From Candidatus Hydrogenedentota bacterium (lineage in GTDB: Bacteria; Hydrogenedentota; Hydrogenedentia; Hydrogenedentales; SLHB01): a DNA stretch of 64,000 nt. The stretch's first letter is position 1. Every line of letters starts with the position of its first letter. The stretch lies in assembly GCA_963674865.2 (NCBI GenBank), contig CAXXYE010000009.1, positions 1,824,001-1,888,000 on the forward strand. The letters run 5' to 3'. A program made the translations under genes and the position numbers. Shown here in pieces: positions 38,119-47,583 of the stretch. Below the pieces are notes generated by a model. The model had not been told where the DNA came from. It saw only the letters and a list, made by a program, of their open reading frames with translations, and made no database searches.

Positions 38119-38757
38119 GTGCGAAGACGGGTAGTACGAGAACTCGGGACACTGGCAGGTGTTGTGGTGTTGGCGGTAGGCGTCTGGTTTCTCAACTCCC
38201 ACATGCGCCGCACGGGCCTAAAGGACAAGATGATCGAGTGGCGCATGAGTGCCGAGGCCAAGCATACGGGGATGGGCATCCCCCTGCTTGAGTGGGATCT
38301 CCTCCTGAAGACGAAGGGCGGGCGACGCACGGGGCCGACATTCGATTCCAAACTGGCTTCCCGGAAGGGCGAACGGGTCGGTATTATCGGTTTCATGGCG
38401 CCCATCTACCAGTACCGCGGCATGACAGAGTTCCTATTGCTTCCGATGCCCATCGAGTGTTACTTCTGCGAGGCGCCTCCGATGCGCGAAGTGATCCTCG
38501 TGCAGGTCATGGAGGGCGCCTCGTTCGACCTATACCGAGAGCCGGTGTATGTCAACGGAGAGCTTGAACTCTACGAAGGTCCAGGCACGAAGTTCTTCTA
38601 TGCTTTGAAGGACGCCGATCTCGGTGCGGGCGACCTGGGCACGGAGCTGACTCCGAAGTCCGTCCCGATGGAGCACAGGCGACATGCCCCCACGCCGGAT
38701 AACGATATGCTCGAGGGCATCCGGCGTCCGGGGGGCGGCGCTGCGACTGCCGAATAG
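38119..38757 (+). CDS. DUF3299 family (ZrgD-like) protein
   Basis: GFMAP...EFLL.P...CYFC..PP...I.V motif; N-terminal TM. Confidence 0.75.
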   Translation: MRRRVVRELGTLAGVVVLAVGVWFLNSHMRRTGLKDKMIEWRMSAEAKHTGMGIPLLEWDLLLKTKGGRRTGPTFDSKLASRKGERVGIIGFMAPIYQYRGMTEFLLLPMPIECYFCEAPPMREVILVQVMEGASFDLYREPVYVNGELELYEGPGTKFFYALKDADLGAGDLGTELTPKSVPMEHRRHAPTPDNDMLEGIRRPGGGAATAE

Positions 38758-38797
38758 CCGCCTGTGGCGGCGCGCCGCCATGGCGCAGTGTAGAATC

Positions 38798-38828
38798 CAT
38801 CCCCGGGAGCAAGGCGCTCCCGGGGATG
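38798..38828. terminator. Strong hairpin between convergent genes (possible terminator)
   Basis: CATCCCCGGGAGC-AAGGC-GCTCCCGGGGATG, perfect 13-bp stem followed by TTTGT. Confidence 0.5.
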
Positions 38829-38902
38829 TTTGTATGTAGGTGTTTGCCGGACATCCACTCACGGCGGCGCCCGCCGTTGTGTATAGGCTGCGCCGACTCT
38901 CT

Positions 38903-39451
38903 TCAGGGGGACGGGGCGGGACGTGTGGCGAGCGCTCCCCAGGCCCGAAGGATCTCGTAGAGCACTACGCCGAAGGCCGTGGCGACGTTGACGGTGTTCT
39001 TGTAGCCTTGCATGGGCAGACAGACGGCGGCGTCGCACGCGTCGAGCACGTTGGGGGATATCCCATGGACCTCGTTGCCGAACACGATGGCGGCCGGACG
39101 GGGCCAGGCAAACTCGACGTGCGGGACGGCCTCCGGCGTGGTCTCTACGGCGATAATGGGGACTCCTTTGTCCCGGAGGAGCTTGAGCGGCTCGGTGGAC
39201 TCAGGGTAGTAGCTCCATGGGACGTAATCGAAGGCCCCTAAGGCGGTTTTGTGCAGTTTGGCGTTGGGCGGATGGGCGGACATGCCGCAGAGGTGGATAT
39301 GCTCGACGGCCCCGGCGTCGGCGGTTCGGAAGATAGAGCCAACGTTGAAGGCGCTGCGCAGGTTGTCCAGCACCACATGGACGGGATTGCGAGGCCTGGG
39401 CGGAAGCGCGTCTGGGGAGATCATTCGGTAGTGGGGTTCGAGTTCACGCAT
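38903..39451 (-). CDS. TrmH/SpoU family RNA methyltransferase
   Basis: LDNLRSAFNVGSIFRTAD, VFGNEVHG and LPMQG...NVA motifs. Confidence 0.9.
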   Translation of the reverse strand: MRELEPHYRMISPDALPPRPRNPVHVVLDNLRSAFNVGSIFRTADAGAVEHIHLCGMSAHPPNAKLHKTALGAFDYVPWSYYPESTEPLKLLRDKGVPIIAVETTPEAVPHVEFAWPRPAAIVFGNEVHGISPNVLDACDAAVCLPMQGYKNTVNVATAFGVVLYEILRAWGALATRPAPSP

Positions 39452-39668
39452 TGCTGACTGCCTTGACTGGGATTGTAAGAAGCATTGCTCCCGCTTGTGT
39501 TTACGTCGCCCCCATTCTCGCTGTTGGCGAGGTCTCAGGCAAGTTACGGCGGTTCCGGGGTCGATATTGCCGGTAGGGTTTGCTACAATCGTCCAGATTC
39601 CGGGCGCATGCCCGGCCGTTGCGGCGTGTGCCGCGGCCATCACAATCAGGTTCTTGAAGGTATATCAA

Positions 39669-40706
39669 GTGGGTCTTTTCTCGGCGCAGATATCGGCAAG
39701 CAGGATGGTACCGCTGTGCCGGCAAATCGCCACCGCCTATGAGGGCGGCCTCCCCGTGATCCAGACCTTCGAGATTGCGGCGGGACAGCTCCCGAAGGGG
39801 CGACTGCGCGATACCGTGACTCAAATGGCTGATGACCTCCGGACGGGCGATACGCTCGAAGCGGCGGCCATGGCCCAGTCGAAGTACTTCCCGTCGTATT
39901 TCATCGCGCTGCTTGCCGGCGGGGAGCGCGGCGGCCGGCTGGACGTTATGCTGCGGGATTTGGCCGAGTACTACGAGGATCGCCTGGCAATGCGGCGGCA
40001 GGTCCTCCACATGATGGCCTATCCCATGATCCAGTTGCTGGCGACTTGGTTTCTCGGGACTTTTGCGCTTGGACTCATTAACGACGTCATCGCTTCGATG
40101 TCGGCGCGGGGCGCGGCGGCATTCAACCTGGACGCGTACTTCAGGTCCTACTTGCTGTTTCAGGCAAAGGCCGGGGTTGTTTTTGGGCTGGTCTTCTTCT
40201 TGTGCGTGGTTCTCGCGAGGCTCGGGATTCTGAAATGGATCACTGGGCTGGTGACGACTTTCGTGTGGCCGTTGGCCCCTGTAACGAAGAAGCTTGCCCT
40301 CGCGCGGTTCTTTCGCAGCATGTCGCTGCTTCTGGGCAGCGGGATGGGTGTTGTCCCCTGTATCGAGAGTGCGGCGGCGGTCGCCGCGAATCCTTACATC
40401 AAGCGCGATTTGCAGCAGGCCGTGCCGCGTGTGAAGGACGGAATGACGCTTGTTCAGGCCTTTTCGGTCTGTCGTTGCCTCACGCCAACGGCGCGTGAGA
40501 TGCTGTTTGTGGGAGAGCAGTCCGGCCACCTCGAGGCCCAGTTGCGCAAGGTGTCGGAGTATCATCTTGCGGAGGCCCGGCACGCCGTGACGCTGGCGGC
40601 GAAAGCCGCTACGGTGCTTATTGTGCTCGGTGTGGCCCTGCTGATCGGATTTGTGATAATCACCTTTTACGTTAAGTTGTACGGAGGAATGCTCAATGCC
40701 TTCTGA
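39669..40706 (+). CDS. Type II secretion system F / PilC family protein
   Basis: Two T2SSF repeats (GERGGRLD...LA.YY; GEQSGHLE...V..Y) and a YP motif. Confidence 0.85.
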   Translation: MGLFSAQISASRMVPLCRQIATAYEGGLPVIQTFEIAAGQLPKGRLRDTVTQMADDLRTGDTLEAAAMAQSKYFPSYFIALLAGGERGGRLDVMLRDLAEYYEDRLAMRRQVLHMMAYPMIQLLATWFLGTFALGLINDVIASMSARGAAAFNLDAYFRSYLLFQAKAGVVFGLVFFLCVVLARLGILKWITGLVTTFVWPLAPVTKKLALARFFRSMSLLLGSGMGVVPCIESAAAVAANPYIKRDLQQAVPRVKDGMTLVQAFSVCRCLTPTAREMLFVGEQSGHLEAQLRKVSEYHLAEARHAVTLAAKAATVLIVLGVALLIGFVIITFYVKLYGGMLNAF

Positions 40707-41226
40707 TGTCGATACGGCGACGGAACCTCGGGATCGTACGAAGTGGCTTTGGTTTGGCGTGGCGGGATTGTTCTGTGTCGCGGTTGCGGTGTTTGTACTC
40801 CAGGGGCGGGTGAGGCCTAATGTGTCGACCGTGCATGTGCGGCACATTCTCATCGCGTGTGACAAACGCGACCCTTCCGATCGGGCAAGGGCGCATGAAC
40901 TGGCCAAGCAGTTGCGGCAGCGCCTCGCGGATGGCGAGAGCTTCACCGAGTTGGCGAAGCAGTATTCGAATGATGCGCTGACGAGCGCCAACGGCGGGGA
41001 CTTGGGTTATGTAGGCAAAGGCATGCTCGATCCTGATTTCGACGTTTTCGTCTGGAAGTTGCCGGTCGGTCAGATCAGCGATGTGGTGGAGACGGGGCGC
41101 GGCTACGAAATTATTGAGGTGCTGAGTAGGACGTTCTCGAAGGCGGACCTGTACGAGATGGAACTCGACCAAAAGGCGAGAGAACGCCTGCTGAACGAGC
41201 GTCAAGCGGGAAGTGCAGACGAGTAA
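40696..41226 (+). CDS. Parvulin (PpiC-type) peptidyl-prolyl isomerase with an N-terminal TM
   Basis: VRHILI, F.ELAKQYS.D, GGDLG and S.VVET..GY.II motifs. Confidence 0.9.
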   Translation: MPSDVDTATEPRDRTKWLWFGVAGLFCVAVAVFVLQGRVRPNVSTVHVRHILIACDKRDPSDRARAHELAKQLRQRLADGESFTELAKQYSNDALTSANGGDLGYVGKGMLDPDFDVFVWKLPVGQISDVVETGRGYEIIEVLSRTFSKADLYEMELDQKARERLLNERQAGSADE

Positions 41227-41282
41227 ACTGCGAGGCTTCTGAGCGGCGTGAGTGACTGCGGCCTCGGGCTCAGGCAACCTGG

Positions 41283-41450
41283 CTACGGCGTCTTGGCATA
41301 GTACTTCTGCAGGTTTTCATAAACCGGCGAGAAATTCTCCCAATCTTGGAAGAAGATGGCGATTAGGGACAGTATGATTTGCTCCACCAGCGTGAGTTCG
41401 CTTTCGGCGGCCGGCATCGGGGTCCGGGTAACGGGTTTGACGTGTTTCAT
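41283..41450 (-). CDS. 55-aa small protein of the M[KR]H-leader family (copy 3)
   Basis: Hand translation MKHVKPVTRTPMPAAESELTLVEQIILSLIAIFFQDWENFSPVYENLQKYYAKTP*; upstream GGAAAGGCTGAGGA; below the ORF-track length cutoff. Confidence 0.75.
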   Translation of the reverse strand: MKHVKPVTRTPMPAAESELTLVEQIILSLIAIFFQDWENFSPVYENLQKYYAKTP

Positions 41451-41525
41451 TCCTCAGCCTTTCCTGATCTCCGCACGGCCGTCAATGTAGCACGTAGACG
41501 CGCCGAGTTCCAGAGGTCCGTTCAT

Positions 41526-41682
41526 TTCGCCGGTGGCCGGGCGGCCAAGCACGCCGCGCCCGAGGCCATGTGAGAATGGTGTTCCGGCGGCGGGGCCGCT
41601 TTTCCCCTTGGATGAAGCTCTATTCCCCGACAGATATTGCCGCGGAGTTCCGGTGCGCGGCGTGTGCGGATCGACCGGCGAA
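41526..41682. repeat. ~157-bp element E, divergent copy
   Basis: Perfect TTCGCCGGT/ACCGGCGAA ends and an ACGCCGCGC/GCGCGGCGT inner stem at the same spacings as the other copies. Confidence 0.7.
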
Positions 41683-41788
41683 CTCGGTTGATCTCCCGGT
41701 GGCGGAGTCCGGTTCGCTGAGATGCCCTTTCGGGGTTTGGTATGCATGAGGCGCTGGTCGAATAAGCAAGGCGCCATACGGAGGACAC

Positions 41789-43480
41789 GTGAACGCATTT
41801 GACAATATTTCGGAGCCTATTCTGGCGGCTTATCCCGACCTTGATCCGGCGGATCTCTGCTTTGTCCCGCCGCCGAGTCTGCGTTTGGGGGATATCGCGC
41901 TACGCATGTTTGAGTCGGCCCAGAAGATGGGCATGGCGCCGGTGAAGCTGGCGGCGCGGATCGCGGGCACGGTTCGGTTTGGCCCGGAGGTCACGCTGGC
42001 CGAGGCCGCGGGGCCTTACCTCAATTTTCGACTCGATCGGGGTTTTTTCGGTAGGAAGATCGTGGGCGAGATCCTCGCGCGCGAGGATTACGGCTCCAGC
42101 GGCACTGGGCAGGGCAGGCGGGCGCTGATCGAGCACACGAGCATCAATCCGAACGCGAGTCCCCATGTCGGCCGGGCGCGCAACGCCATGATCGGTGACA
42201 GTCTGGCTCGGCTGCTCCGCTTCGAGGGTTATGACCTGAGCGTTCACTACTACGTGAATGACATGGGGCGGCAGATCGCCCTATTGGCGTTGAGTTGCGA
42301 GGATCCGGCCAAGCTCACCTTCGATGAGATACTGGATCTATACGTCAAAGCGAATGCCCGCGCCGAGCGAGATCCGGAATTTGCGGCGAAGGGGTATGGC
42401 CTGCTGGCGGCGATGGAGGAAGGCGACGCCAAAGTGCGGCAGCAATTCCACGACATCACGGATCTGTGTCTGCAAGGCCAGTTGGCGGTGCTGGCGCGGT
42501 TGGGGGCCGCCTATGATCGCTTCGACCGGGAGTCCAAATACATCAAAGATCCGCGTCTCGATACCGTGGTGGAGAAGCTCCGTGAGAAGGATGCCGTGTT
42601 CGTGGATGAGGATCAGCGGCTCGTGGTGGATCTTGCCAAACTGGGGCATGCGCAGGAGGAGGGGCGTTATTTCGTGCTCATGCGTGCCAATGGCAGCTCC
42701 ATGTACGGCTACCGCGATCTTGCTTACACCATCGACAAGATGGATCAAGGGGCTGAACTGAACCTGCTTGTTCTAGGTGAAGACCACAAGCTTTACGCGC
42801 AGCAGCAGGCGCTCATTCTCGGCGCGGCGGGGTGCTCTTATCCGGAAACGATCCACTACGCGTACATCCTGCTCAAGGAAGGCAAGATGTCGACGCGTCA
42901 AGGAAACGTCGTGCTGCTGTCGGATTTCCTGAACGAGGCGACGGCGAGGTCCGTGGAGAAGGTGGCGGAGCAATATCCGGAACTCGAGCCCTCGCGGCAG
43001 AAGGAGATCGCGGAGCAAGTGGCCGTGGCGGCGATACGCTTCGCCATTCTCCGGGTGGGGCCGAACAAGAACGTGATTTTCGACTGGGATTCGTGCCTGT
43101 CTTTCACGGGTGATACCGGCCCCTATGTGCAGTACTCCTGCGCGCGCATCAATTCCATTCTGCGCAAGCTGGGCGACGTGCCGTCGGAGATAGGCGAGTC
43201 CTTTCCTATTGAGACGGACGCCGAATGGTCTGTCTTGATGAAGCTGGCGGCGTTTTCGGATACGGTGCAGGCTGCGGTCGACCAGCGCAACTGCGCGTCG
43301 GTAGCGCAGTTTGCGTTAGAAACGGCCCGCTTGTTCACTACTTTCTACCATGATTGCCCCGTGATACAGGCGCCCACCGATGCGCAGCGGATCGCTCGTG
43401 CACAGGTTTGCGCCGCCGTTCGCCGAACGCTTCACAACGCGCTTGACCTGCTCGGTATCGCCGCTCTGGAGCGGATGTAG
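41789..43480 (+). CDS. argS: Arginine--tRNA ligase
   Basis: EHTSINPN.SPHVGRARN, YYVNDMGRQ, KMSTRQG, GDTGPYVQY and FY..CPV motifs; C-terminal ERM. Confidence 0.95.
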   Translation: MNAFDNISEPILAAYPDLDPADLCFVPPPSLRLGDIALRMFESAQKMGMAPVKLAARIAGTVRFGPEVTLAEAAGPYLNFRLDRGFFGRKIVGEILAREDYGSSGTGQGRRALIEHTSINPNASPHVGRARNAMIGDSLARLLRFEGYDLSVHYYVNDMGRQIALLALSCEDPAKLTFDEILDLYVKANARAERDPEFAAKGYGLLAAMEEGDAKVRQQFHDITDLCLQGQLAVLARLGAAYDRFDRESKYIKDPRLDTVVEKLREKDAVFVDEDQRLVVDLAKLGHAQEEGRYFVLMRANGSSMYGYRDLAYTIDKMDQGAELNLLVLGEDHKLYAQQQALILGAAGCSYPETIHYAYILLKEGKMSTRQGNVVLLSDFLNEATARSVEKVAEQYPELEPSRQKEIAEQVAVAAIRFAILRVGPNKNVIFDWDSCLSFTGDTGPYVQYSCARINSILRKLGDVPSEIGESFPIETDAEWSVLMKLAAFSDTVQAAVDQRNCASVAQFALETARLFTTFYHDCPVIQAPTDAQRIARAQVCAAVRRTLHNALDLLGIAALERM

Positions 43481-43688
43481 GCGGATCGGCGCTCGGCGGA
43501 TGGGCCGGCAATGGCGCCCCGAGGCCAAGTTATCGGCAGCAAGAGCATCGGGCCTCGCGGCGTTGCGACGGCGCGTCATTAGTTGATAGACTCTGCCCGC
43601 CTGATGGGCTGCTCCCGCGGCGCCTTCGTTTTTCAACAGGGGCCGCGGCACATTGTTTCTATTCTCCGGATAAGAAAGGAGTTATCTC

Positions 43689-44846
43689 ATGCAGATTGCC
43701 CCCCATGGCGGCCGCTTGATCAACCGCCTGTTGCACGGCCCCGAACTGGACGCGGCTAAGTCGCGCGTGGCGAACCTGCCGCGTATCAAGGTGGACACGT
43801 ACGCGGCATTCGATATCGATGGAATCGCGAAGGGTTTGTTCAGCCCGTTGACGGGCTTCATGAACGCGGAGCAGACGCATCGCGTTCTCGATACGATGCA
43901 TCTGGCCGATGGTATCCCCTGGACGATTCCTCTGCTCTTGGCCGTAAGCCAGGAGGATGCGGATCGGCTCGACGTCGGGGGCGAGGTGGCCATCGAGGAT
44001 GATATGGGCGATGTGCTGGCCATTCTGCACCTTTCCGAGAAGTTCTCGCTCGATCACAAGGCGGTCTGCGAGAAGGTGTACCGGACATCGGATGAATCCC
44101 ATCCGGGGGTGAAGTACACGATGTCGTTGGGCCCGGTGTTCTTGGCGGGTGATCTTGACGTGTTGAAGGCGCGCGATATTGAGTTCCAGGAGTACAACCT
44201 GACGCCTGAACAGACGCGCGCGGCCTTCGCGGAGCGGGGATGGAGCCGCATCGTCGCCTTTCAGACGCGCAATCCGGTACACCGCGCGCACGAGTACCTC
44301 CAGAAGTGCGCCCTTGAGATCTGCGACGGCCTTCTTCTGCATCCGCTGATGGGCACGACGAAGAGTGATGATATCCCGGGGCCAGTGCGCATGGGCTGCT
44401 ACACGACGATCCTTGAGAAGTACTATCCGGCGGATCGCACGCTGCTCTCGCTTATGCCGGTGAACATGCGCTATGCCGGGCCTATGGAGGCGATCATGCA
44501 CGCCATCATCCGCAAGAACTATGGCTGCACGCATTTCATCGTGGGCCGCGACCACGCCGGCGTGGGGAACTTCTATGGGACGTACGATGCCCAACACATT
44601 TTCGATGAGTTCGACCCGGAGGAAATCGGTATCACACCGCTCTTCTTCGATCATGCGTTCTTCTGCAAAGCGTGCGGGAACATGGCGTCCGTGAAGACGT
44701 GTCCCCACGGCAAAGAGGAGCACGTCTTTCTGAGCGGCACAAAGGTGCGCGAGATGCTGCGTAATGGCGATATGCCGCCGGCCGAGTTCACGCGCCCCGA
44801 GGTCGCGAAGGTGTTGATGGCGTGGGCCCAGCAGAATGGCGAATGA
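43689..44846 (+). CDS. sat: Sulfate adenylyltransferase
   Basis: PHGG, FQTRNPVHRAHE, MRYAGP.EA, RKNYGCTHFIVGRDHAG and SGTKVR motifs. Confidence 0.95.
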   Translation: MQIAPHGGRLINRLLHGPELDAAKSRVANLPRIKVDTYAAFDIDGIAKGLFSPLTGFMNAEQTHRVLDTMHLADGIPWTIPLLLAVSQEDADRLDVGGEVAIEDDMGDVLAILHLSEKFSLDHKAVCEKVYRTSDESHPGVKYTMSLGPVFLAGDLDVLKARDIEFQEYNLTPEQTRAAFAERGWSRIVAFQTRNPVHRAHEYLQKCALEICDGLLLHPLMGTTKSDDIPGPVRMGCYTTILEKYYPADRTLLSLMPVNMRYAGPMEAIMHAIIRKNYGCTHFIVGRDHAGVGNFYGTYDAQHIFDEFDPEEIGITPLFFDHAFFCKACGNMASVKTCPHGKEEHVFLSGTKVREMLRNGDMPPAEFTRPEVAKVLMAWAQQNGE

Positions 44847-44995
44847 GCAGGTGCGGCCCGGCCAGCCGGAAGCTCGCGGAGGGGTGTTGAAAGGCGGCGG
44901 GTCGACACATACAATGAATCGGGGCCGGGGCTCGTGGCCTTGTTATTGGGGCCGTGTGCATCGGGAAAAGGGTTCTTTTCCGAGTGAGGTCGCCG

Positions 44996-45556
44996 ATGCG
45001 AGTTAAGTTCTCGAAGACAGACATCGAAGGGCCGCTAGTCGTCGAAACCAATATCTTTCGCGATGAGCGGGGCTTTTTCACGGAAGTCTACGCCGAGGAC
45101 GCCTGGCAGGAGCAGGGCTTCACGGAGCGATTTGTTCAGGATAACATGAGCCTGTCCGCCGCGGGAACGCTTCGCGGTATGCACTACCAGAAAGATCCCC
45201 ACGCGCTAGGCAAGCTCGTGCGCGTCTTGAGGGGGGCGGTGTTCGATGTTGCCGTCGATCTGCGGCGCGGGTCGCCGACCCTTGGGCGATGGGTCGGGCA
45301 GACGCTCACGGCCGAGAATGGGCTGGCCTTCTGGGTTCCTCCGGGTTTCGCTCATGGCTTCCTCGCCACTGAACCGGACACGCTGGTTTATTATAAGTGC
45401 ACGGGGCTGTACGCGCCCCAGGCGGAGGCGTCGCTCTCTTATAAGGACCCGGCGGTCGATATCAAATGGCCCTCCGCGCCGCGCATCGTCGCGCCGCGCG
45501 ATGAGGCCGCCCCGCTGTTGGCTGATGCCGACTACAACTTCACCTATCACCCCTGA
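44996..45556 (+). CDS. rfbC: dTDP-4-dehydrorhamnose 3,5-epimerase
   Basis: DERGFF, QDN.S.S, LRGMHYQ, DVAVDLR and GFAHGF motifs. Confidence 0.9.
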   Translation: MRVKFSKTDIEGPLVVETNIFRDERGFFTEVYAEDAWQEQGFTERFVQDNMSLSAAGTLRGMHYQKDPHALGKLVRVLRGAVFDVAVDLRRGSPTLGRWVGQTLTAENGLAFWVPPGFAHGFLATEPDTLVYYKCTGLYAPQAEASLSYKDPAVDIKWPSAPRIVAPRDEAAPLLADADYNFTYHP

Positions 45557-45623
45557 GTGAGGGTGTCGTATCGGGCGGTGCGATGAAGGGGCGTAGCGGA
45601 CGACGGAAGGGAGTGGAGGCCCT

Positions 45624-46586
45624 ATGAAGATCCTGGTTGGGGGAGGAGGGGGATTCATCGGGTCCGTGCTTGTGCCGCTGCTTCAGGAGCACGGGTACGA
45701 AGTCGATGTGGTAGATTTGCTTTGGTTCGGTGGGCATTTGCCCGAGGGAACGAACCTGCGCCAGGAGGACCTCTTTCAACTCGACGAAAGCGATCTTCGA
45801 GGCTACGAGCATGTGATATTCCTGGCCGGGCTATCGAATGATCCCATGGCCGAGTTCAATCCGTCCATGAACTTCATCCAGAACGGCGCGCTGCCGAGTT
45901 ATCTGGCCTTTCGCGCGAAGCAAGCGGGTGTGCGGCGCTTCATCTACGCGTCATCGTGTTCGGTCTACGGTTACACGGTTAACCAGTTGTACGATGAGAA
46001 TTCGCCTGTCACGTGCGGGTATCCGTACGGCATTTCGAAGCTCCAGGGCGAGCGCGGGGTGCTTCAACTCCAAGATGAGAACTTCTCCACTATCGCGCTT
46101 CGACAGGGCACGGTCTGCGGGCACAGCCCGCGCATGCGTTTTGACCTGATTGTCAATACGATGTTCAAGACAGCCATGGTGGAAGGTCATATCACCGTCA
46201 ACAATCCCTCGGTCTGGCGGCCCATTATCGACGTGCGGGACACGGCCTCGGCGTTTCTTCGCGCCGTTCAGGCCGACCATCGCGTCAGCGGCGTTTTCAA
46301 CGTGGCCCACGATAACTATACGGTGGGACAGGTTGCCGATCTCGTCAAGGATGAGCTGGAGGAGCTTGCCGGCAAATCTACCGGCGTCACGGTGAAGCAC
46401 ATCGAGGATTTTCGGAACTACAAGGTCACGTGTGAGAAGGCGCGGGCCATTCTCGGCTTCTCTCCGCGCTATGGCGTTCCCGAGATGGTTCAGAGCCTAT
46501 ATAGACACATGGCGTCGTACGGCGATTTCTCCGACGATCTCTTTTACAACATCGCAACTTTCAAGAAGCTCCCGCCGCTTTCGTAG
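45624..46586 (+). CDS. NAD-dependent epimerase/dehydratase (extended SDR)
   Basis: GGGGFIGS, LAGLSNDP, SSCSVYG, YGISK and RFDLIVN motifs. Confidence 0.85.
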   Translation: MKILVGGGGGFIGSVLVPLLQEHGYEVDVVDLLWFGGHLPEGTNLRQEDLFQLDESDLRGYEHVIFLAGLSNDPMAEFNPSMNFIQNGALPSYLAFRAKQAGVRRFIYASSCSVYGYTVNQLYDENSPVTCGYPYGISKLQGERGVLQLQDENFSTIALRQGTVCGHSPRMRFDLIVNTMFKTAMVEGHITVNNPSVWRPIIDVRDTASAFLRAVQADHRVSGVFNVAHDNYTVGQVADLVKDELEELAGKSTGVTVKHIEDFRNYKVTCEKARAILGFSPRYGVPEMVQSLYRHMASYGDFSDDLFYNIATFKKLPPLS

Positions 46587-46610
46587 ACGGGAGTGCCGTG
46601 AAGGAGGACT

Positions 46611-47534
46611 ATGGCGAAGGTACTCGTGACGGGCGGCGCGGGATTCATCGGGTCGCATGTTGTGGATGCGTGCCTGGGTGCGGGGCATCGCGTTACCGTG
46701 GTGGACAATCTCAGCTCCGGCTCGCGCGGGAATCTCAATCCTGAAGCACGGCTGGTCGAAATGGATATCCGTTCGCAGGAACTTGCGCGCGTGTTCGAGG
46801 AGGGGGCGCCTGATTTCGTTCTCCATTTTGCTGCCCAGATCGACGTGCGGAAGAGCCTCGACACGCCCGTTTTCGACGCCGAGACTAATATCGGCGGGAC
46901 GATAAACATCCTCGAGAACTGCGTGCGGCAGAAGGTGGGCAAGTTCATCTACGCTTCGACCGGCGGGGCCATCTACGGTGAGCCGGAGGCGCTCCCCGCT
47001 TCGGAGAGCCAGCGGCCCGATCCGCTCTGCCATTACGGCGCGAGCAAGTACGGCGCGGAGGTGTATACGCGGCTGTACCAGAAGCTTTACGGGCTTCACT
47101 CCACCATCTTGCGTTTTCCAAATGTTTATGGCCCCCGCCAGAGTCCGCACGGCGAGGCGGGCGTCTGCTCGATCCTCGCCGGCCTCATGCTTGAGGCTAA
47201 GGCGCCCACCCTCTATGGCTTCGGAGAACCTGTCCGGGATTACGTCTATGTGGGAGATATCGCGCGCGCCAGTATGCTGGCCCTCGGTAAGGGAGACGGC
47301 GAGACGCTCAATCTGGGTTCGGGCGAGGGCACTACGGTGCGCAGGCTGTTCGATATTCTTCAAGAGCTGACGGCGTTCAAGGGCGAGCCGATCCTGAAGC
47401 CGACGCGGCCCGGGGAGGTTAACCGCATCTACATCACCGGCGGAAGAGCCCTTGAGGTGTTGGGATGGCGGCCCGAGGTCAGCTTACGTGAGGGGCTTGC
47501 AGAGACCGTCGCCTTCATCAAAGCGAACGCGTAG
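46611..47534 (+). CDS. UDP-glucose 4-epimerase-like extended SDR
   Basis: TGGAGFIGSH, AAQIDVR, STGGAIYGE, YGASK, NVYGPRQ and RDYVYV motifs. Confidence 0.85.
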   Translation: MAKVLVTGGAGFIGSHVVDACLGAGHRVTVVDNLSSGSRGNLNPEARLVEMDIRSQELARVFEEGAPDFVLHFAAQIDVRKSLDTPVFDAETNIGGTINILENCVRQKVGKFIYASTGGAIYGEPEALPASESQRPDPLCHYGASKYGAEVYTRLYQKLYGLHSTILRFPNVYGPRQSPHGEAGVCSILAGLMLEAKAPTLYGFGEPVRDYVYVGDIARASMLALGKGDGETLNLGSGEGTTVRRLFDILQELTAFKGEPILKPTRPGEVNRIYITGGRALEVLGWRPEVSLREGLAETVAFIKANA

Positions 47535-47583
47535 ATGGTTGAGGCGACTGGCGTAGGAAACGAACCGCAATGAGGGGAAGTGC

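Noticed and set aside
38782..38894. tRNA call for the cloverleaf-like structure
   Set aside because: Arm lengths are wrong and there is no TTCRA T-loop, D-loop GG or CCA end; kept only as a candidate structured RNA.
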